A stretch of DNA of 64,000 bases from Candidatus Moraniibacteriota bacterium (GTDB lineage: Bacteria > Patescibacteriota > Minisyncoccia > Moranbacterales > GWC2-37-73): the NCBI GenBank assembly GCA_035325685.1, contig DAOKZJ010000001.1:160-64159 (forward strand), read 5' to 3'. Positions 27,777 to 37,699 of this stretch are shown one piece after another (positions within the stretch are counted from its first letter, which is position 1; each line of letters starts with the position of its first letter). A program made the translations under genes and the position numbers. The notes under the pieces were generated by a model that saw nothing but the letters and a program-made list of their open reading frames with translations, ran no database searches and was not told where the DNA came from.

Positions 27777-30215
27777 CTACTTTCGCAGCGCCACCGGAAG
27801 TTCTTTTTCCATCTGGGCAATAATTTTTTCCAGCGCCACTTCCGCTTCCTGCCCGCTAAGCGTGCGTTCTTTGGAACCAAGCGTGATGTGCAACGCGTAA
27901 CTCACCGTCCCATCCTTGGAAACAAAGGTGTCGAAAAGCTCCACTTCCCTAACCAGGGGATCGCTTTGCTTGATTATCTTTTCCAATTCAGCCGCTTTGA
28001 GAGATCCGCGCACCTCCAAAGACAGGTCGCGCCGTACATAAGGAAATTTGGGAGCTTCTTCATATTCCCTTTTTTGTCGTGCTGCTGCTTCGCGCCATTT
28101 GTCTATTTCCAATTCGCAAAGAGCCAAGCCTTCCGGAATATCCGCGGCGGCGGCGACAAAAGGATTGACTTCGCCGCAATACCCGAGCGGTTCATCCATT
28201 CCTTCCACTCTTATTTCGGCACTCCGCCCCTTGCGCCAAAAAGATTTCCATTGCCCCGCGGGCGCACCGTCCAGATCGGAAAGGTACCAATCCTTAATCC
28301 CCGCCGCTTCCAAAAGCGCCCCGCAGCTGTGCTTGATTGCAAAAAAGATCTGTCCGCTGCGCACATCCGCAGCAGGAAAACTTTCTTCAGGGATATCCCC
28401 GCTCAAAGCAAGCAGCAGCATTTCCTTTTCCTCTATTTCCCCTTGCGCATTGTACCGGTAAACCCTGCCCTCTTCAAAAGCACGTATCTGCCTTCGGTAT
28501 TTAAGGTTTTCCCTGATCGCCTTGAGCATATTGGGAACCAGACTTGCTCTCATCAAAGAAAGTTCCGGACTTTGCGGGTTTTCAATTTCCACATGCGCTA
28601 CTCCTTCCAATCCGCCCATATTGGCTTCCTTTGGGCCATAAAAAGCATAGTTGTACACTTCGGAAAATTTCTCACCGGCCGCCCAATGCTTGGCTTTGCG
28701 CACAAAAACACGGCGCTCATTAACCTGCGGCGAAGCAACGGAAACCAACGGGGCAGCCGGCCCTATCTTGTCATAACCGGCGATCCGGCCGATTTCCTCA
28801 ATCAAATCTTCCGCGCTAACTACATCCAACCGAAAAGCAGGGACCTGGACTTTCAATTTTGCGCCGCCGGACATAACAACAAAGCCCAAGGAAGAAAGAA
28901 TCCTTTTGGCCTCTTTTTCTTTCAAGACAATGCCCAAGAGTTTTTGGGCCTTTTCCATTTCCAAGGAAAGAAGAGGTGTTTTTTCCTTTTTTAACTTCTC
29001 CATAGCAACCCCCTCCAACTTCCCTCCGGCCGTGTGAGTTATAATTTCCACGCAACGCACCAACGCCTTTTCGGCAATGCTCGGCGATATTCCTTTTTCG
29101 AACCGGAGTGCCGCATCGGTGGCAAAACCGCTACGCATGCGGCTGCGCCTGATCGTGGCCCCATCAAAAGTGGCTGCCTCCAGCACGATATTTTCGGTTC
29201 TGTCACTAACGGCACTTTCTACTCCCCCCATGATACCGGCCAAGGCGATCGCTCCCTTGCTGTCCGCGATTACGATATCTTCCCCGGCGCATAGCGCAGC
29301 ATCGACTCCGTCCAACAAGGAAATCCTCTCTCCTTCCTTGGCCAGACGCACCATTATTCCTCCGGAAAGCTTGTCGGCATCAAAAGCGTGCAGCGGATTG
29401 CCCAGTTCCAGCATCACGTAATTTGTCGCATCCACGACGTTGTTGATCGGTTTTATGCCGCAAGCCCTCAGTCTGCGAACAAGCCAATCCGGCGAAGGGC
29501 CGACTTTCACCCCTTCGATAAGCGCGCAGCTATAAAAAGGCGTTTTGGCGTTTTTGGCAACTGACACTTTTATCTTCTTGCTTTTTTGCGAAAGGGGCTT
29601 TATCTCGTCATAGGCATACTCCATTTTTGTGCCTTCAATGGCCGCTATTTCCCGCGCCATACCGACATGGCTGAGCGCATCATGCGCGCGGTTAGCCAAA
29701 ACATCTATTTCCAAAACGATGTCTTCCAGACCCAGTTGCTTGGCCAAAGATTCACCCACTTTGGCTTTTCGATCCAAGATCATTATTCCGCTGTGATCCT
29801 CGCCCAACCCCAATTCGTCCTTCGCGCACAGCATCCCAAAAGAACGCACGCCGCGGATTTCAGCTTCCTTTATCTCTAATCCGCCGGGAAGCTTGGCACC
29901 CACCAAAGCCAGCGGCACCTTATCGCCCACCGCTATATTATGCGCGCCGCACACGACCGTAAGCGAATCGCGCCTTTTTTGCTCGCTTCCCCAAAAAGAA
30001 AATTTTCCAGCATCGACTTGTACGACCTGCAACCTATCCGCATTCGGATGCTTTGCTATTTCCAATATCTCGCCCACCACCACGTTCTCCAAGGAAGCAT
30101 CCTGCCTGGACATGCCCTCCACCTCAAAAGCATGCATCATGATACGCTCACCAAGTTCTTTGGCGGAAAGAGAGGTGTTTGTAAGCTCCTTGAGCCATTT
30201 ATAGGAATATTTCAT
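27777..30215 (-). CDS. pheT: Phenylalanine--tRNA ligase beta subunit
   Basis: Start MKYSYKWLKE; HPNADRL, INNVVDATNY, EDLIEEIGRI, FPYVRRDLS. Confidence 0.97.
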   Translation of the reverse strand: MKYSYKWLKELTNTSLSAKELGERIMMHAFEVEGMSRQDASLENVVVGEILEIAKHPNADRLQVVQVDAGKFSFWGSEQKRRDSLTVVCGAHNIAVGDKVPLALVGAKLPGGLEIKEAEIRGVRSFGMLCAKDELGLGEDHSGIMILDRKAKVGESLAKQLGLEDIVLEIDVLANRAHDALSHVGMAREIAAIEGTKMEYAYDEIKPLSQKSKKIKVSVAKNAKTPFYSCALIEGVKVGPSPDWLVRRLRACGIKPINNVVDATNYVMLELGNPLHAFDADKLSGGIMVRLAKEGERISLLDGVDAALCAGEDIVIADSKGAIALAGIMGGVESAVSDRTENIVLEAATFDGATIRRSRMRSGFATDAALRFEKGISPSIAEKALVRCVEIITHTAGGKLEGVAMEKLKKEKTPLLSLEMEKAQKLLGIVLKEKEAKRILSSLGFVVMSGGAKLKVQVPAFRLDVVSAEDLIEEIGRIAGYDKIGPAAPLVSVASPQVNERRVFVRKAKHWAAGEKFSEVYNYAFYGPKEANMGGLEGVAHVEIENPQSPELSLMRASLVPNMLKAIRENLKYRRQIRAFEEGRVYRYNAQGEIEEKEMLLLALSGDIPEESFPAADVRSGQIFFAIKHSCGALLEAAGIKDWYLSDLDGAPAGQWKSFWRKGRSAEIRVEGMDEPLGYCGEVNPFVAAAADIPEGLALCELEIDKWREAAARQKREYEEAPKFPYVRRDLSLEVRGSLKAAELEKIIKQSDPLVREVELFDTFVSKDGTVSYALHITLGSKERTLSGQEAEVALEKIIAQMEKELPVALRK

Positions 30216-30265
30216 ATTCGTTTTACAATCTGCGCAAGAAAAGAAAAGCGCAGCCGTTGCATTTA

Positions 30266-31315
30266 TTAGAATTGTTCGGTAAACCTCAGATCTCCACTGT
30301 GGAAAAGACGGATGTCCGGGATGCGACTGCGCATCATCAAAAGCCTTTCCAAGCCGAACCCCCAGGCGAATCCTTGCCATTGTCCGCGCCTGTATCCGGC
30401 AGCGACAAACACTTCCTGGTTGACCATGCCGGCGCCGCCCACTTCCAGCCAGCCGGTATGCTTGCAAGAAGCGCATCCTCGCCCTCCGCAAACCGTACAG
30501 CTGATATCAAATTCAAAGCTCGGCTCCGTAAACGGAAAGAAGCTGGGACGCAACCTCACGGTCACATCCTGCCCAAAAAAACGCGAAAAAAACTCCTGCG
30601 CCACATGCTTGAAGTTGCCCACATTTATTTCTTTATCCACCATCAGCGCCTCGAACTGGTAAAAAGTATGTTCGTGTGTCGCATCCGTCGCCTCGTTACG
30701 AAAGCATTTCCCCGGAGCAATGATGCGCAGCGGCGGCTTATGGGTCTGCATATAACGCACCTGCACCGGCGAAGTGTGCGTGCGCAAAAGAATCCTTTCT
30801 CTCTTTTTCTCCGCTCTGAAATTTGGATTTTCGGATTTTATCCAAAAAGTATCCCATTTGTCGCGTGCCGGATGATCTTTGGGTATGTTGAGCGCGTCAA
30901 AATTGTGCCATTCCGTTTCTATGTCCGGACCATCCGCAACCGCAAAGCCCATCGCCCCGAAAATATCTTCAATTTCTTCCTGAATAAGCGTAAGTGGGTG
31001 CAGATGCCCTCTTTTGATTTTCTTGGCCGGGAGCGTCACGTCCAGATTTTTAGCTGCCGCACCCAACTGCAAGTTCCTGAGCTCTTCTTCCTTTCGGGCA
31101 AAGGCCGCCTCTATTTCCGCCCTCGCTTCGTTGGCTACCTTACCCGCCTCAAAACGCTCCTTTTCTTCCATATCTTTAAGGGAGCGGAGCAGCGCCGTCA
31201 GTTCACTTTTACGCCCGGCGTATTTTACCCGCGCACTTTCCAAATCAGCCAAAGATGAAGCTGCTGCCGCGGCGGCCAATGCCTTGCTTTTGAGATCGAA
31301 GATTTTTTGCTGCAT
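30266..31315 (-). CDS. pheS: Phenylalanine--tRNA ligase alpha subunit
   Basis: GHLHP, HPARD, LRTHTSPVQ, FPFTEPS, GFAWGFGLERL. Confidence 0.98.
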   Translation of the reverse strand: MQQKIFDLKSKALAAAAAASSLADLESARVKYAGRKSELTALLRSLKDMEEKERFEAGKVANEARAEIEAAFARKEEELRNLQLGAAAKNLDVTLPAKKIKRGHLHPLTLIQEEIEDIFGAMGFAVADGPDIETEWHNFDALNIPKDHPARDKWDTFWIKSENPNFRAEKKRERILLRTHTSPVQVRYMQTHKPPLRIIAPGKCFRNEATDATHEHTFYQFEALMVDKEINVGNFKHVAQEFFSRFFGQDVTVRLRPSFFPFTEPSFEFDISCTVCGGRGCASCKHTGWLEVGGAGMVNQEVFVAAGYRRGQWQGFAWGFGLERLLMMRSRIPDIRLFHSGDLRFTEQF

Positions 31316-31438
31316 AAACGTAAAAAAAGAAAAATATGCGCCGCTGCCAAACGGCGACGATACTGTAATACTACCAAGGCACCCCTTGATTTGCAACTGC
31401 CGTTTTTGAGCCAAGGAAAAGTCTTTTTCGCGCTTCTC

Positions 31439-31467
31439 TTGACTTTAAATTATTTTAGGTGTATAAT
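31439..31467 (+). promoter_or_regulatory. Sigma70 promoter of the diguanylate cyclase gene
   Basis: TTGACT-17-TATAAT. Confidence 0.8.
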
Positions 31468-31528
31468 TAGAGATTACGTCCCCTGGTTACCCAAGTTTTT
31501 TGACAAAAATGAAAGAGAGGAAGAACTC

Positions 31529-32299
31529 ATGCTTTCCAAAACAGCGCTACTTACCCGCAAAGCGGAACATTGTCTCCATAAGCACTGGGAAAAAACGTGC
31601 GCTTGGTGGTCGGAAAAGCCTAATTCCAGGCAAATAATCTGGGCCCTTGCTTGCGCCTCAACCGCTTCCTTGTTGTTTTTATGGATTCATCATTTTTTGG
31701 CTTTCACGATTTTGCGCCTTTGGGCGGATGTGCTGATGCTCCTGCTGAGCATATCCGTAATGATGCTTTTCTTTTTGCTCATAACCAAAACTCTTCGCCT
31801 CAAAAGCGAAGTGGAAAAGGTTTCCGTGAAAGATCCCCTTACCGGGCTGTACAACCGCCGCTTCCTGGAAATGCAACGGGATGCGATAGAAGAGCAAGCT
31901 AGGCGTACCGGACTGCCTTACGGCGTAGCCATGATCGATGTCGACAACCTCAAACCCATCAACGACACTTTCGGCCACGCAAGCGGAGACCGGTTGCTTA
32001 AGGAAGTAGCCGCGCTCATCAAAGGAACTATCCGTAAAAACGACCAAGCCTTTCGCCTGGGCGGGGACGAATTCATGATCATCTGTTTTTTTGGGAAAGA
32101 CGAATCGTCCGACTCCTTCGAAGACAGGCTGCGCGAATCCCTGGGCAGATTTCCCTTCCGCGAACAAGGAGTGGACGTCGTGGCCTCCGCCTCTTTGGGA
32201 GTCGCCATCTGTGTGGATGCGCGAAAAAATTCGCTTGAAAGCGTCATCCATGTAGCGGACATGAACATGTACCGCGAAAAAGCGGCGCGTAAACGCTGA
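31529..32299 (+). CDS. Membrane-anchored diguanylate cyclase (GGDEF)
   Basis: 2 TM; DPLTGLYNRR, DVDNLKPINDTFGH..GD, RKND I-site, RLGGDEF. Confidence 0.93.
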   Translation: MLSKTALLTRKAEHCLHKHWEKTCAWWSEKPNSRQIIWALACASTASLLFLWIHHFLAFTILRLWADVLMLLLSISVMMLFFLLITKTLRLKSEVEKVSVKDPLTGLYNRRFLEMQRDAIEEQARRTGLPYGVAMIDVDNLKPINDTFGHASGDRLLKEVAALIKGTIRKNDQAFRLGGDEFMIICFFGKDESSDSFEDRLRESLGRFPFREQGVDVVASASLGVAICVDARKNSLESVIHVADMNMYREKAARKR

Positions 32300-32360
32300 G
32301 CCCACCGAATACAAAAGGGAGCTGGAAAATATCCAACTCCCTTTTTCCTTTTCAACCTCC

Positions 32361-32636
32361 CTACAAAAGGCCCAGTCTTTTTTTGGCTTCGAATACCTGG
32401 TGGCGGTTCATCTGCCCGCTTTTTTCCATTTGTTCAAGCATTTCCACTATTTGTTTCTTGTTCTTTTGGATGTTGTCTGGCGAAAGCATCTTGCGCATCA
32501 GCGCTTCGCGCTCGCTTGGATTCATCTTCATGATCTTTTTGTACGCGATGCGCTGGAGCATCCCCATATTCTGAGGATCCAGGGGATTTGCGGCAGAGCT
32601 TTCCTTTTTTTTCTTAAACTTGTCCAAAATTCCCAT
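32361..32636 (-). CDS. Hypothetical Met/Lys-rich protein (91 aa)
   Basis: ORF track; co-oriented with secF; shares a terminator at 32313-32346. Confidence 0.7.
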   Translation of the reverse strand: MGILDKFKKKKESSAANPLDPQNMGMLQRIAYKKIMKMNPSEREALMRKMLSPDNIQKNKKQIVEMLEQMEKSGQMNRHQVFEAKKRLGLL

Positions 32637-32708
32637 ATCTTATAGAAAAATTCGAATCTTCCTGCCTTGCCAAGATGGCCAAGGAAAGCGGCGGTTCGAA
32701 ATTTTTAA

Positions 32709-33611
32709 TTATTTGTTATGCTTTTTTGCCATCCAGTCCCGACTTGTCACCAAAAGCGAAGAAGCGATAAAGATGGACGAATAAGTGCCGAACGTGATGC
32801 CGATAAGCAATGCCAACGAGAAGTCCCGGATCGATTCGCCGCCGAAAAGATAGATGGCCAGCAGCGTGATAATCACCGTGAGCGAAGTGTTGATCGAGCG
32901 CACGATCGTTTCATTGAGACTGCGATTAACCGTGGCGGCAAAAGTCTTTTCCGGCGAGCGCAACAGATTTTCGCGCGTACGGTCGTATACCACGATCGTG
33001 TCATGTACCGAAAATCCCAAAATGGTAAGGAGCGCGGCCACAAACGGAATGCCCACTTCCACCGAATAAAAATGGCCCAGCGCAGCGAATGCGCCGACCG
33101 TGATAAGGATGTCGTGTACCAGTGCCACTACCGCCAATGCGCCATATTGCCAAGAAGGCACGGGACGCGACACTTTGCGAAAAGCCCAGGCAATATACGC
33201 CATAATTGCCGCAACTGCCCAAAAAATCGCCAACAAAGAATTGCGCTTCAATTCGCCCGAAACGGTCGAATTGATGAAATCCACCCTGAGTCGTACCGCG
33301 TCTGTCCATTTGGCGGAAATTGCTTGCCAGGCTTTCTCGTTAACCGCGTCATCTTCGCTGGCATAGCGCAAAAGGGCGCTGCCGTCACCGGAAGCCTGGA
33401 TGGTAAGACTTTGCAAATTTTCTCCTTGCAAAACCTCGCTTATTTCCGTATTTTGCGGCACGCCGGACGGGAAACGCACTTCCATAAGCGTTCCTCCGGA
33501 AAAGTCGATGCCGAACTTAAGACCCCAGGTGGCAACGCTTAGGATAGCCGCTGCGGTAATAACGAGGGAAAAGGCATAGGCGTAGCGCCTTTTGGAAACT
33601 ATATCTATCAT
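32709..33611 (-). CDS. secF: Protein translocase subunit SecF
   Basis: GIDFSGG, ALVHD, LTILGFSVHDTIVVYDRTRE, GTYSSIFIA. Confidence 0.97.
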   Translation of the reverse strand: MIDIVSKRRYAYAFSLVITAAAILSVATWGLKFGIDFSGGTLMEVRFPSGVPQNTEISEVLQGENLQSLTIQASGDGSALLRYASEDDAVNEKAWQAISAKWTDAVRLRVDFINSTVSGELKRNSLLAIFWAVAAIMAYIAWAFRKVSRPVPSWQYGALAVVALVHDILITVGAFAALGHFYSVEVGIPFVAALLTILGFSVHDTIVVYDRTRENLLRSPEKTFAATVNRSLNETIVRSINTSLTVIITLLAIYLFGGESIRDFSLALLIGITFGTYSSIFIASSLLVTSRDWMAKKHNK

Positions 33612-33616
33612 ATTTT

Positions 33617-35311
33617 TTACTTTTTTTCGGTCTTATTTTCAATATATCCTCCTTTTGCCACATGCATAAACACCCAGGGATGTTTATCCGCCCAATCTCC
33701 GGAAATAAAGCGAAGGATGGTGCGACTCACCACTACCGCCGTAAACATGGACACCACCACGCCCAAAAAGAGCGTGGCCGCAAATCCTTTGACAAATCCC
33801 GTACCCATGCCGTAAAGAATGGCTGCCGTGATAAGTGAAGAAACGTTACCATCTCTGATCGATGTCCAGGCGCGCACAAATCCTTCCTCCAGCGCTGCGC
33901 GCGAAGATCTTCCGCGCCTGAGCTCTTCCTTGGTTCGCTCAAAGATGAGAATGTTGGCATCCACCGCCATCCCGATAGACAAAATGAAACCGGCAATGCC
34001 CGAAAGAGTCAACGTGATGCCCGGAAAAATCTTGAAGATGGAAATCATCAGCGCCGTGTAAATGACAAGCGCCAAAGAAGCGGCCAGGCCTAAAAAGCGG
34101 TAATAGACGACCATGAAAAAGATCACCGTGCCCAGACCAATCGCGCCCGCTTTCAAGCTTTGCCGCAAAGAAGCTTCCCCCAAGGAAGCTTCGATGCTGC
34201 TTTGGCTGACCAAAGTCAAGGGCACCGGCAAAGCTCCCTGGTTGAGATTCTTGGCCAATTCCTTAGCTTCAGTCACGGTAAAGCTCCCGGTAATGACGGC
34301 TTCGCCGTTGGTTATTTCTGTCTGCACGGTGGGGCTGGAAAGGAGTTCGCCGTCCAAAAAGATCGCCAACGGCTTACCGATATTATTCTTGGTAAGCTCC
34401 GCGAACATCTTCGTTCCTTCGTCGTCAAATTTTAAAGAAATTTGCGGCTCACTTATGCCTTGGCTGGCAAAAACCACCGTCGCACTCTTCAGGTTTCTGC
34501 CCGTAAGGCCGGTATCGACGAATTTGAATTCACTGTATTGTTCGGGCGACTGCTTGGCAAACAAGATATGCCTGGCACGCACTTCCTTTTCCTCTCCTTC
34601 GCCGCGCGATTCTTCGAATTTGATAATGTGCCAGCCAAATTGGGTTTCCACCAATTGACCATAGACCTCCCCGGCTTTGAGGTTTTTGCCAAAAAGGACT
34701 TCGTCAAATTCCGGAACAAATGTTCCTTTTTTAACGAAATCCAGATCCCCGCCTTTTTCCTTGGTTCCCGGATCTTGACTCAACTCTTTGGCCAAAGCCG
34801 CAAAATCCTGCCCGGCCAAAGCTTTTTTGAGCGTTTCTTCAGCTTGGGACTTGGCCTCCTCGTTGAGATTATCAAACATCTCCTTTATTTCCGCACTCGG
34901 CTCCCCTTCCTGTTTGAATTCCAACAAAGGCGTTTCTTTTATTTTTTGCTTGGCTTGTTCTATATCCTTTATTCCCGGAAGTTCCACAATGATGCGGTAA
35001 TCATCGCCGCGGCGCGCTGCCTGCACCAATGGTTCACCCACCCCGAACGCATTGACGCGCCTTTCGATCACGTCCTGCGCCCCGCTCAAAGATTCGGAAA
35101 TTTTGTCCGCCTCTATCTTACTCACGTCCGCTTGGTATTCCAGGTGGATTCCTCCTTGCAAATCCAAACCCAAACTGAGTTTCAGCTTGGCAAGGGAATT
35201 ATGAAGATATGGCACCCCCCGAACAGCTTCCGGGTAAGAAACCAAAGCGCTGGCCGCAAAAAGTAGCATGACCAGGGCGAATTTGAGACGCAATTTTGAT
35301 TTGGTATTCAT
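33617..35311 (-). CDS. secD: Protein translocase subunit SecD with an inserted parvulin (PpiC-type) domain
   Basis: LGLDLQGG, ERRVNAFGV, GMAVDANILIFER; insert DFAALAKELSQD...GGDL...ETQFGWHII; promoter TTGCCT-17-TATAAT at 35347-35319. Confidence 0.96.
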   Translation of the reverse strand: MNTKSKLRLKFALVMLLFAASALVSYPEAVRGVPYLHNSLAKLKLSLGLDLQGGIHLEYQADVSKIEADKISESLSGAQDVIERRVNAFGVGEPLVQAARRGDDYRIIVELPGIKDIEQAKQKIKETPLLEFKQEGEPSAEIKEMFDNLNEEAKSQAEETLKKALAGQDFAALAKELSQDPGTKEKGGDLDFVKKGTFVPEFDEVLFGKNLKAGEVYGQLVETQFGWHIIKFEESRGEGEEKEVRARHILFAKQSPEQYSEFKFVDTGLTGRNLKSATVVFASQGISEPQISLKFDDEGTKMFAELTKNNIGKPLAIFLDGELLSSPTVQTEITNGEAVITGSFTVTEAKELAKNLNQGALPVPLTLVSQSSIEASLGEASLRQSLKAGAIGLGTVIFFMVVYYRFLGLAASLALVIYTALMISIFKIFPGITLTLSGIAGFILSIGMAVDANILIFERTKEELRRGRSSRAALEEGFVRAWTSIRDGNVSSLITAAILYGMGTGFVKGFAATLFLGVVVSMFTAVVVSRTILRFISGDWADKHPWVFMHVAKGGYIENKTEKK

Positions 35312-35390
35312 AGGATGCATTATAGAATGAGGCGGCAAATAAGGCAAATAAAAGAAGCGGGACAAATTTTATCCCGCTTTTTCCAAAAAC

Positions 35391-35870
35391 TCAGGTCAAC
35401 GCAGTCTTTTTCGGATAACCGCCCAATTCGGCTTCCCCGACAAGTTTGGCAAAGATTGCCTTACTCAGCTCCTCGGCACGCCCCGTTAGGGCCAGATAAG
35501 AAACGCAGCCGCGCCGCAGACTTCTAAGCAATTCTTTTCGACCACGACAAACGGCTTTGAAACTGGCCAATTCCTGATAAGAAAGCCGGTATTCTTTTTG
35601 CCACAACCCCTTTTCTATTTTTTCGTAAAGGACAAGCAATTCACAAACAAGACCGTATTGCTCCGTCAGTTTTTCCAAATAAAGGCCTACCCGCGCCGCC
35701 TTGGACCAAGGGAAAAAATCGATAAATGGGCCCAAGAAAAAAACTTTGCTCTTGGCCTGCGCCAATTCCCCCTTGGCGAAAGAAATTTTCTCTTCCAGAT
35801 GCGCTTTGAGGTCCTCGAAATCACCCCTGAGTCTTAGAAAAAGCTTTCCCCAAAAACAAAGATTCTCCAT
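35391..35870 (-). CDS. Hypothetical helical protein (159 aa)
   Basis: GGGAGG SD before MENLCFWG; terminator hairpin at about 35355-35381. Confidence 0.68.
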   Translation of the reverse strand: MENLCFWGKLFLRLRGDFEDLKAHLEEKISFAKGELAQAKSKVFFLGPFIDFFPWSKAARVGLYLEKLTEQYGLVCELLVLYEKIEKGLWQKEYRLSYQELASFKAVCRGRKELLRSLRRGCVSYLALTGRAEELSKAIFAKLVGEAELGGYPKKTALT

Positions 35871-36009
35871 ACATCCTCCCTTGTATGCGCCTTTCGGGCA
35901 AAAATAAGCGCCATCGCCAAGCGATATCGCTTCAAATCCCATTGTTTGTTCAAAAACAAGAACTGCTTCCAGTATACCTGGGCTAAAATTACACGCAAGC
36001 TTACCCGCT

Positions 36010-36234
36010 TTATTTAACCAAAAACTTCCAGCGACTTTCCAGATCTCGCTCGATCTGCACTAGATCTTCCTCGTCCCGAAAAAAACCGTAGCCGCGTTTT
36101 TCTTCGATCAATCCGCGCACCATATCCCGGTAAGCATCGAAATCCTCTATTCCTTCCTCCTCCACTTTTTCTTTAAGCTCGCGAAAAAGCTGCTGAGAAG
36201 AGTATTCCGCTCCTGAATATTGTATGTTTTCCAT
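36010..36234 (-). CDS. Small acidic hypothetical protein
   Basis: ORF from MENIQYSG. Confidence 0.65.
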   Translation of the reverse strand: MENIQYSGAEYSSQQLFRELKEKVEEEGIEDFDAYRDMVRGLIEEKRGYGFFRDEEDLVQIERDLESRWKFLVK

Positions 36235-36279
36235 ATATTTTTTTGGGAAAATACTCCACCTTGGAAATACCCCCAAAAA

Positions 36280-36786
36280 TTACCGCTTCTTATGCGGTAA
36301 TACATCCGAAAAAAAACCCTCTTTCCCTTTCCGAGAAATGAAAAGATGTGCTTTTTGAAGAATGCGCCGCGTTCCCTTGGCGCGGACCTTTTGGAGCGCT
36401 TGCTCTATGTTGCTCCAGGAATAAGCTGAATTTTCGTGATCAAGTGTGACCTTTTCGGTATCCGTGACAGTGAGGTAATAAACAGCTTTTTTGCCTATGA
36501 ATATGCCGCGTCCTTCCTCCCGCCGTTCCTTCAATTCGTTTCCCTTGGCGCGATAAGCATAAAAACTGCTCTTCCTGAAACCCAAAGCTCTCTCGATATC
36601 CCTCAGGCCGGTTTCTTCTTGCACCTCGCGTTGAAGCGTGTCTTCTTCCTTTTCTCCTTTTTCCATGTGGCCCTTGGGCAAATCCCATTGACCGCTGCGA
36701 TATTTGAGCAGCAAATAAAGAGGTGTTTCATTTTCGAACCTCACAATGACAGCACCCACTGATTTTTCGAAGGAAATAAACTTCAT
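36280..36786 (-). CDS. NUDIX hydrolase (Ap4A-hydrolase-like)
   Basis: WDLPKGHMEKGE...TLQREVQEETGL Nudix box; LDHENSAYSW. Confidence 0.92.
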   Translation of the reverse strand: MKFISFEKSVGAVIVRFENETPLYLLLKYRSGQWDLPKGHMEKGEKEEDTLQREVQEETGLRDIERALGFRKSSFYAYRAKGNELKERREEGRGIFIGKKAVYYLTVTDTEKVTLDHENSAYSWSNIEQALQKVRAKGTRRILQKAHLFISRKGKEGFFSDVLPHKKR

Positions 36787-36847
36787 AAGGACATCATAAC
36801 ATGAAGATGCATCCCGTCCCAGGATGCATCTTTGCACAACTTACAAG

Positions 36848-37249
36848 CTATTTCGCTTTGGTAGTGGCGCTGCGCGATTCGGAATAAGAGCTATAACCGC
36901 TGTCTCCCGAAGCTTTTTTGATCTTAACCTTGAACGAGTATTTCACTCCCGGCTTCAAGTCGTCGATCACCAGCTTCTTGCGCCCTTCGTCTTCGCTAAG
37001 CGTCTTACGGTAAGTACGCGTTTCCACCATGCCGGTGGAATTGTCACGAATCCTTACCTTTATGACAACCCTTTCATCCTCCCGCTCCTCGTACTTAAGA
37101 GGAAGCGTTATGCTCGTGGTCGTCCGCTTAGTTATCTCCTTAATCTTCGGCTTGGACGCAAGTGCTCCAGAAAACGGAGCCAACAATATCGTCATCGCAA
37201 AAGCTGAAACCAATCCCGCCAAAGCGACTTTTCTACTTATGCTACGCAT
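36848..37249 (-). CDS. Secreted basic protein with a fibronectin type III-like domain
   Basis: Signal peptide; TTTSITL...IDDLKPGVKYSFKVK...YSSYS. Confidence 0.8.
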   Translation of the reverse strand: MRSISRKVALAGLVSAFAMTILLAPFSGALASKPKIKEITKRTTTSITLPLKYEEREDERVVIKVRIRDNSTGMVETRTYRKTLSEDEGRKKLVIDDLKPGVKYSFKVKIKKASGDSGYSSYSESRSATTKAK

Positions 37250-37498
37250 AAAATTATGTCGCTTTAGGAAATAAAGTCTTTTCCAGGCCGGATACCGACC
37301 TTTGTTTTAATACCCGGACCGAGAAAACGGTTGCAAATGGGCAACTTTTTCTTTCCTTTCCCTTTTGTCCCCTTGCCCCCAAAGACCCAAGGAATTCCTT
37401 TCTTTTCGTTCGTCAGTTATTACAACTGAGAAGCTTTTTTATTTTCCTCAAAACGCCAAAAGCGACGAAAAGTCGCTTTTTTAAAAACAAACCTCTTG

Positions 37499-37598
37499 CC
37501 GACCCCTTTCCTGGCCGCAACAATTAAAAAACCTTCTCACTTCCCGCAGCACTTTTTGAATTTCTTGTCGCTGCCGCACGGACAAGGATCGTTGCGGC
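37499..37598. repeat. 100-bp duplicate of the secA 3' end (SEC-C motif plus downstream sequence)
   Basis: 99/100 identical to 37662-37761; the only difference turns stop TAA into TGA. Confidence 0.95.
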
Positions 37599-37699
37599 GT
37601 CGTTTCGCTCCTTAAAACCTTGCGGTTTTAATATTTCCACCCCGGGAAAACCCAGGTTTTCCCGACCCCTTTCCTGGCCGCAACAATTAAAAAACCTTC

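Noticed and set aside
30216-30491. 904-aa version of PheT
   Set aside because: The extension overlaps pheS in another frame; the canonical start is MKYSYKWL at 30215
37301-37340. ECF-sigma-like promoter TGCAAC...GTAT before the FN3 gene
   Set aside because: Spacing is off by one from the SigW-type consensus, and it is a single instance
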